Below, in pieces: positions 55,462 through 64,000 of a DNA stretch of 64,000 nt. Source of the DNA: Octopus vulgaris (taxonomy: Eukaryota). The stretch lies in assembly GCA_951406725.2 (NCBI GenBank), contig OX597823.1, forward strand, positions 93,682,001-93,746,000, written 5' to 3'. How positions within the stretch are numbered: position 1 is the first letter of the stretch; each line of letters begins with the position of its first letter. A program made the position numbers and the translations under genes. Under the pieces are notes generated by a model. That model searched no databases and was not told the origin of the DNA. It saw only the letters and a program-made list of their open reading frames with translations.

Positions 55462-56250
55462 ACGTATAGAAGTTGGTAGATGTCTTATACAGCCGGAAAA
55501 CTATTATAAAATAATCACCACAGGACTGCTTCAGAAGCAAGGAAAACTAGTACAAATAGCCACAAAACACGAGCAAAATAAAAAATTGTTTTCAGTGTTC
55601 AATTGGTATTAATTCTTATTGACCCCGAAACGATGAAATGCAAGCTCAAACACTGGCGGAATTAGAACTCCGAACTTAAAGACGCCAAGAAATACTAAAA
55701 ACTAATAAAAACAGATGGCGATAAGCCACATGTTATCTGAGAAGTGTGAAATACTTCATGGCGCACAAAGAACAAAAAAAAGAAAGCGCAGAATGAAATC
55801 CTTGGACAAAATGGTAGTGAATACGTATTAAGACAATTATTTCCTATGCAACAGAAATATTTAAATCAAAACTAAACGCTGCCATCAGCTTTTACCGCAG
55901 TGAAGGATTTGGATAATACAAAGGAGTAAGAGTAATAAAACATAATGATACCGACACCTCTGCTATAGGCACAAGGCTCGAAAATTCAGGGGTGAGACAC
56001 ATCTAAGATGTTATATGGTTCCGAGTGCTCTACTAGTATTTATTTTATCGACTCCGAAAAGGAAGAGAGGGTAAGTCTTCCTCGAAAAACAAAAACCCCT
56101 TGTAGAGTTTGTTGAAATCTAAAGCAAAAATTTTACTTTAGTCTATTGGTTGCCGAAAGCTGACATCTTTTCACATTCTCTATGCAAGATGCTGTGAAAT
56201 AACACCAACAACAACAACAACGGCAACTAAGGATCGTCGACGACGTCGCT

Positions 56251-56286
<36 letters not shown>

Positions 56287-56405
56287 ATTGTGGGTTTCTA
56301 ACAAGAGGAGAAGCATATATAAGACTAAAACTATAGAGTGCATTACTTCACGGACACACACACAAACTCACACACATATACAAACACGCACACATACGTA
56401 ACTTT

Positions 56406-56466
<61 letters not shown>

Positions 56467-56953
56467 GTATGTGTATATGTATATGTGTATGTATATATAT
56501 ATGTATATGTATATGTATATGTGTATGTGTGTGTATGTATGTATGTATGTATGTATGTATATATGTGTGGGGGGTAATTTTATTGATCAGCGAAGATTAA
56601 AGGCAAACAGAATCTGACTTCTAAGATCGCAGCAGACACAGATTTTAGCGGAGATACTCTATTAATTGACCATTAGTTCAACATTATTATTCTTACTGAG
56701 TGAGAGAGCAATGCATGCCATCAAAGTGACATTCGGGTATAAATATACGAAGCCCAGCATACTCATCATGACTACCCGACTGATATGGGTACACCAGACA
56801 CATGCATCACAGCCACATATGCTCGACATGGTGATCTCATGTCAAGATTAACAGCGCATGACCTTGCAGGAGAGGCCCAGTAATGATAACACTTCCAATC
56901 AGTTAAGATCAGAAACCATCAGAGAAACTGTCTAGTACTGCATCACGGCATTA

Positions 56954-56954
<1 letters not shown>

Positions 56955-57036
<82 letters not shown>

Positions 57037-57055
57037 CATTATTATCATTATTATA
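56955..57055. repeat. (ATT)n microsatellite
   Basis: Direct reading. Confidence 0.95.
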
Positions 57056-57459
57056 ACGTTTATATATTAGTTTTGCAAGTTTTTTCGTGTGAAATCGTGT
57101 ATTGAAACAGATATTGTTGTATTTATGAATGGGCATGTTGCCAGTTTAGCCAATAAAAACACACGCACCATATATTTGATGTTACTTTGCTTCAGCGTTA
57201 TTTATTTTTTACATTAATCTTAATCTTATTTCGGACAGAGTTCTCTCGTCACACTCCCTCTTTCTCATTTGTGTGTCTCTCCTTACTAACGGTCAGCCAT
57301 TTTGTATTCCTATTGTGTGTGTCTTCATTTGCGCATGCGTATACCTCTATGTGTGTCTATGTTTAGTTAGTGTGTGTGTGTGTGTGTGGAAGTGCCTGTA
57401 ATATTTGTATCTCCTGTTTATATACGTTCGTGCAATTTGTTTTTGTAATTAGTTTTTGT

Positions 57460-58356
57460 TCCCAAGGACCCAACAATAATTGGCACTACCCTCACCTTCT
57501 TCATTTTCCTTAGCCAGGCTATTTCTTACCTAGGAGGGTTGTATTTATCTTTCCGCCTTTCTTCTTCACTATTTGTGGGTCAATGAGACATGCAACATCA
57601 ACTACATAGCATCTATGGTGCACTAGCACCTGATCCGTTTGGATTGGGAAATTCCAGAGGATTTTGCAAGACTCCGACTTCGCCGCTCTCTGCGGTTTGC
57701 TCTCTTACCACATCTTGCGACTCTCTAGCCATCACTTTTCGCACAATTTCCATTGGAGCACTTTCGCTATTGGATCATGTCGCCACAAATTGTAGTTATT
57801 TTGGGTAAGTCTAGAGTATTCGTTCGTGATATAGGAAATGGTTTCATCCACTCTATTGCAGATGTGGCACAGCAGAGAAACTTGCTTGTTCCAAATGTTG
57901 ACTCTACAGTTCATGGCCAAAGCTTGGTCTTCTGCTGCCAGTATAGTGATCTCGGTCTCTTCTTTAGTGTTCCTGTCTTCAGCCAATCCCACCTACTTTT
58001 TCCAGCAACTTCTGTTATGGCTACATGGAATTGATTGTGTAGTCCCTTCTTGCCTAAATCGTCTTCATGTTCTTTTTGCACTTGTTCCTTTGTTTTTCCT
58101 CTTTTCTCTGCTTTCAATTTTGTTCCTAACAGTCACTAGCAAGGTTTCCTTACTTTCGGCTAGGTATCTCATTAAGCTCTCGAGTTCGATACCCACGCAA
58201 TCTTTCACACTTATAATTCCCCTTCCTCCATTTGCTCTCTTCATCCGCACGTGGATGATGGACTCCATTCATCGTTAGAAGCTTTCTTGATTTCTTGTCC
58301 ATCTCCTGCATTTCCTCCTCTGTCCACTTCAGGATTCCGGCACCATACCGAACCAC
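57460..58356 (-). mobile_element. R4/Dong-type LINE 3' fragment
   Basis: VRYGAGILKWT...MDKKSRKLLTMNGVHHPRAD, GGRG, ETEITILAAEDQAL, CHICNRVDETISYI, RHDPIAKVLQWKLC. Confidence 0.85.
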
Positions 58357-61300
58357 CGTGTGCCTTGGGTATGCGCTGTAGTTTGTTGTGACGCTCTTAT
58401 TGTTATTGTGCCTAGTAGTGCTATTTTCTATTTGTTATATATACTTGTTAGTCGTGGTATTTTTGTTATGTACGTGTCTCAATGTTTTATCATACCTAAT
58501 GCGCCAACTATGATAGGAATTCTTTACTGATTTTAGACTATATTCGAGTTACCTCTATTTCCAGGTCTTTGTATTTTGAAAGTTACTCCGTTTCTTTCAG
58601 AGAAACGTTGTCATCTCTTGATATTGATACATCGATTAGAAAGCACTATTTTTCCTGGTGGTCTCTGACAACTACATCCGGCCTAGTAGCTTTGATTACT
58701 TTATTTGTGTGTATTCGCATATCCCAAAGAATGGTTGCTTTCTCATTTTCTGTGACCTTTTCTGGGGTAAACCTATACCATCTCTTGCTGTTATTCAAAA
58801 GTGTTGGCATAACTTCCAATGTATATAGGCCCCAATACTGTCACGTTTGTGACTATATTCCTTCTTAACCAGGACTGGGCAAGCAGAGACAATATGATTT
58901 ATTGTTTCTTCTCCATCGCCACATTTTCTGCAGTTATATGTTCTATTTCTTTTCATTGTGTGTTTTTAGTGATTTCTGGTGGGAAGACTTTGATCTTGTG
59001 CTGCTATGAAAAATCCTTCAGTTTAAGCTTTGAGTCCTGAGCATCACAGCCATTGTTGAGATTTAGCTTTAACCCAATATTTGCCATGTAGAGGCTTTTC
59101 TTGCCCTCGCTTTATCATGTTCCAGTTTTAATTCGGATTTCAGTTGTAATGCAACTTTTGTTTTTTTTTATATATGTGTTAGCTTCCTTCAAGACAGAAA
59201 ACAGTTTTCTGTTTTGTTCGTGTTTTGAGGGTATTTGTATCAGTTTTCCTTGCTTCTTAAGTCGGTATTTCTGTAATCTTATGGTGATTATTTTGTAATA
59301 ATTTTCTAGCTGTATAAGGCATCCACCACCTTCGATACGTTGTATAAATAACCTTTCTATGTCAGACTTTGGTTGGAGCATCCTAAAACCTGTCATTAAT
59401 TTTACTGCTTTCGTGTCTATTTTGATTAGTTCATTTAAAGTCTAATTAAGAATATTGTAGCTGTAACTTATAAGTGGAACGGCTAGAGTGTTGATGCCTA
59501 TTATCTTGTTCTTCGCATTGAGCTCTGTTTTCAATATTAATCTAACTAGTCTATAGTATTCTTCTCTTTCATTTGTGTGTTGTATTGTATCCAGTTCATT
59601 GATTTGTATGTCTGGCTTTGGTCTAATTCTCTTATTTTATTAGTTTTATCTAGTGTGATGTTGTCACACTTAACTAGTTTTCCTCTTTTCAAGGTTGCTT
59701 TAGCACATTTTTCTAGGTCAAATTTCATGCTTATTTCTTTGGTAAATCGATGTACAGTCTGTTGTAAAGTTTCCAACTGTGTATCATTTGTAGCGTACAG
59801 TTTTAGTTCATCCATACACAAGAGTTGGCTGATTGTTTTTCCGTAACAATTGTATCAACATCTAGGTCTCTTTAGCATGTCAGATAGAGGTGTCAGTGCC
59901 AAGCAGAAAAGGGGTGGTTAGAGCGTGTCTCCTTGGAATATTCCTCTCTTAATAGGGACAGCTTTGGGTTTTAGGACTACCTCTTTTGTCTGGAACTGTA
60001 GCACTGTTTGCCATTTATTCATGGTATGTTTTATATATTTTATGATTATTGGTGCTACCTTGTTCATGGCTTGTGTTTCTAGCATCCATGTGTGGGAAAT
60101 ACTATCAAAGTCTTTTGATAATCGATCCAAGCCATACTTAGACCCTCCTTCCTTCTTCGGTTGTCTCCAGTTATGGCTTCATTGATCAGAAACTAATCTT
60201 TAAACCCGTATGAGCCCTTGCAACATCCCTTTTGTTTTTCTGGAAGCAAGTTGTTTTCTTCCAGGCCTTTGTCCATTCTCTGCCATATCATTGCAGTAAA
60301 ACCTTTGTAAATTATAGGGAGACAAGTTATTGGTCTGTAATTTTGTAGGTTTGACGTTTCAGTGGATTTGGGAATTAGGAGAGTTTTCCTTTCGGTGAGC
60401 CATTCAGGCATTGTCTCAGGATCTCATAGTATTCCATTAAATTTCTCAGCCAGCGTTTTTGCATTCCTGTTAGATATTTTAGCCAGAGGTTAGGGATATT
60501 GTCGTACCTAGGTGCCTTCTAGTTGCCTAGTTTCTGCAATGCCTGGGTAACCTCTTCAATTTTTATTGCAGTCCAGATTTGTTCACGTGCTGATTTCATT
60601 ATTTTAATAGATCTTTTCTGAAATTGTTCCAACGTCGACCATATTTCTCTCCAAAATTCTTTCACTTCTTCTGTTGTTGGCGCTGCACTGATCTCTACTT
60701 TATTTTTGCCAAGTTCTTGGTAGATTCTTTGGGATTGGAATTGAAATGTTCGTCCAAAGAAACGTTGGCGTTCCTCATACAAGCGGATTCTTTGTGCTTT
60801 AGTGAGGACGTCTTGCTTTAGCTCTTCTTTTACTTCAGGTAGATTCTGTTCTGTAATTTTGTACTTACATAGTAATTTTCTTCTCTTCTTGTTGCTTAGC
60901 ATTGTTGATTGTCTACTAGTTTCATTAAGGATTGACAAATCCTTTCTATTCTTTTTTCTTTTTTTCTGGATATTATCTATCCACAGGTTCTGTTTGGGTA
61001 GTAATACTCCTTTTTGGGTGGGTTTTAGGGAGTATCCAGCATCTTCTGTGGCCACAGAGGCTGCTGCGTATATTATATCATTTAGCCTGGTCATATTGAC
61101 ATTTGTTTCTGTGGCCATTAGTTCTGTGAGAGCCTGGTTCATTCTATTTATTATTGATGTTGTTTTATTATCAATTCTAATTTTTGGGAGGTATAATCGG
61201 TGGTTCATACTGAAATCTGTGGCTTTCAATTCTTTGATGATGCTCATTTTTAGAGCATCATAATCAGTAGTTTCACTTCATTGTTTCCAGGTTTTAGATT

Positions 61301-61720
61301 TGTTTCGTATTCCCTCCGCTTCATATATTTGTCTGCGGTGTTCTGGTTAGATGCATTTTGTCCATCATTATACATTTCTACCGTCTGCGTTTGTTGTCTT
61401 TCGTTGTTTACTTCGTTTATGTTGGACATGTTACTTCTCTCTTCGTGATTTACAGTTCCAATACTTTGCCATTGCTGTGTGGTTACCATCTACGTTTTCC
61501 TGATATATTTCTTCCTTTTGAATGTTCTATTTCTATTTCTGATATTTTTTGTTTTTGTTTTTAGAATATATCTCCGTATATTCGCTAGTTTATTAGGCTT
61601 CATTGTTGTATCCAGATCTTTATCTAGGTTATCTTTCTTCCAGATTTTATATGTATATGTCGTGGGGTTTACGTTCTGTGTTTAGATCATTGCTTTAAAA
61701 TAAGCATGTAGGATTGAAAT
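58357..61720 (-). mobile_element. R4/Dong-type LINE, near full-length single-ORF element, heavily decayed
   Basis: NYRPITCLPIIYK...[40 protein letters not shown]; many stops and frameshifts. Confidence 0.9.
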
Positions 61721-62017
61721 ATACTCCCCATGTGTCCATTTATGCTGCTTTAAATTCTATTTGCAGGAATGAGGAACAATGTCTGGTCCTTTATTTTAAT
61801 GGTCATCAATTTTGTAGGGTATCGGTTCGTTCATTTCTGGTGTTAAATGATTTTACACGCGTAGTTTTTCGTACTTTTTTTAGTAATAAGTTTAAAGTAG
61901 GTACTTCCGTTTGTTTTCCTTGGGTTGAATAATGCAGGTATTATTTAATTTATTTTCCATATTTCTCTGTGTATGGTGGTTGGGACGGGAGATGGCCTGA
62001 TGTTGATTGGACCGAAG

Positions 62018-62312
62018 TGTGGCGAGCGTGATTACACAGGTGGCACGACTGATGGAGATGATACGCAGTTAAAATATATCATTTCATTCGGAAAATAGAA
62101 AAAATATTAATGAGTATTACTAAGTCGGATATAGTCCAACAGTTAATGAGTATTACTTGCTCGAGTATAATCCAACACTTTGTCTGTGTGGCGAGCGTGT
62201 TTACACGTGTTGTGCGAGTGACGGAGATGATACAGTTAAAATACATCATTTCATTCGGGAAATAGAAACAAATTTAAATGAGTATTACTTACTCGGATAA
62301 AGTCCAGCACTT
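62018..62312. repeat. two diverged ~168-bp direct repeats upstream of the R4-type LINE
   Basis: GTGTGGCGAGCGTG...CATTTCATTCGG...AATGAGTATTACT at 62018 and 62186. Confidence 0.8.
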
Positions 62313-62439
62313 GGTAGTTATTTAAGCTCCATTTGTTGTCTTTATTCCCGATGATATATTAATGATAAATTAATATTAATGATACATAAACTTAGATAAA
62401 CTTAGATATGTTTCGACCAAAGATTGGTCCAGGCCATGT

Positions 62440-64000
62440 CTAACTTAATAGCACCACCTGATAAGATTATTTGAATCCTGTTTAAGTCAAGTTTAGTTTA
62501 TGGTCCATTCAAGTAGTGAGTTTTTGTTGGGTGAGTTGTATCCAATTATGGGTGGCTTATCTTGTATTCCTTGAAGAAATCTATCCAGACTCCGTTTAAA
62601 GTTGATGGGATCCTTTTCCTCTTTGATCTCTTTCGGGACAATGCTAAATAGGGCAGGGCCTGTTGAGAAAAAGAAATTATGTTGCAGTGTACATGTATGC
62701 TGTGATCTTGAATTGGGCAGGGGACGTAAGGCCCGTGGTCCCAGTCTTGGATGAACCTTGAAGCTAATGTTCAGGTCGTTTGGGTAAAGTTGGGGGTATA
62801 TTCTCCACATCGTACAAATGATGTACCGCTCAAAGCGACGCTGGAGAGAGTAGAGTTTCAAGGCTTTAAGGCGATCCCAATAATCGAGAGCAGCCATGCC
62901 TTCAATTCGTTTAGTGAGTGACCTCTGGAGTGATTCAATCCTCGAGATGTTTTGTCTTGTATTGGGAGACCACAGTGGGCAGCAGTATTCGAGGTGTGGC
63001 CGTACAAAGGAGGACAAAAGTGGTATGATGACACCTTGTTCTCTGGACTGGAAAGTTCTTAAGATCCAGGAACTCATCCTACGAGCTTTATCGACCTTCT
63101 TGTTGATGTGTACACCCAACTGAGATCGTCATCAACAAATTACTCCCAGGTCTCTGATATTGTTAGAGGCTGTGAGCGGTTCCCTTGAAGGAAGAGAGTA
63201 TGGCTGTTTTAGTGAGGAATTTCTTCCAAAATGCATCAGCTCAAATTTTCCCTCGTTCAGTTGCATTTTGTTTCTGTCTGCCCATTGACTCACAGCATAT
63301 AGATCAGACTTAAGTTGAGTTCGGTCTGCTTCTTCATTGACGATTTGCTTAGTGTCATCAGCAAATATTTTCACTTTGCAGTAATGTACGACACAGGAAG
63401 GTCGTTTATGTAAATTATGAAGTGTAGCGGATCCAAGACAGTCCCCTGGGGGACGCCGCTGGTGACTTTTGCTGGGCTTGAGTGGACTCCATCAACTACA
63501 ATCTGTTGTGTTCTATTCGCCAGGAAATACTTAATCCAGTGTAGAACTTTTCCACAGATTCCAACATTTGCCAATTTTGAGAGTAGGATATTATGGTCTA
63601 CCCTGTCGAACGCTTTACTGAAGTCAAGATATATGACATCAGAGTTCGAACCTGTTCCCAAGGCTTTGAGTACATCTTCAATGTGGTGTAAGAGCTGTGT
63701 TAGACAGTCCCTGCCACAGCGAAAGCCAAGCTGATTTGCTTTTAGGAGTTTGTGGGTCTCCAGGAAGCCAGCTATCCTTGATCTTAACACTCTTTCAAAC
63801 ACTTTAATGATGTGGGAGGTGAGTGAGATTGGGCGATAGTTGAGTGCGAGGGATCTGTTTCCCTGTTTGAAAACCGGGATGACTGACTGAGTTAGAAACT
63901 GTTTCGGTATATAACCTGCGTCTAACGAATTTGTCCAGAGGTTGGTCAGAGGGACTGCAAGTTGGTGTCTACATTCCTTCAGGAGACTAGCGGGGAATCT
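62440..64000 (-). mobile_element. CR1-group (CR1/L2/Crack-like) LINE ORF2 RT and C-terminus, frameshifted, runs off the window
   Basis: NYRPISLTS, YLDFSKAFDRVDH, SGVPQGTVL, FADDTK, VRPHLEYCCPLWSP, YWDRLKALKLYSLQRR. Confidence 0.92.

Overview
AT-rich, microsatellite-saturated animal genomic DNA with no recognisable host protein-coding exon. The SINE families, (TA)n/(CA)n/(ATT)n density and LINE types resemble a coleoid cephalopod (octopus-like); this is inference. The window is mostly repeats: three tRNA-derived SINE families, decayed R4/Dong-type and CR1-group LINEs, three mariner relics and four Penelope-like (PLE; RT/GIY-YIG) remnants. Almost all listed ORFs are microsatellite or antisense artefacts. 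The main signal is non-coding. At least 13 recognisable type I hammerhead-ribozyme motifs, plus about 4 eroded ones, from about 7 unrelated sequence families lie in short ORF-less units. These units sit in (TA)n tracts, often as an inverted copy followed by tandem copies. The best case is a near-identical 484/485-bp array (39445-41324) with four hammerheads carrying a large branched stem II, i.e. a retrozyme-like or Penelope pLTR system. Coordinates were read by eye; repeat boundaries are approximate.
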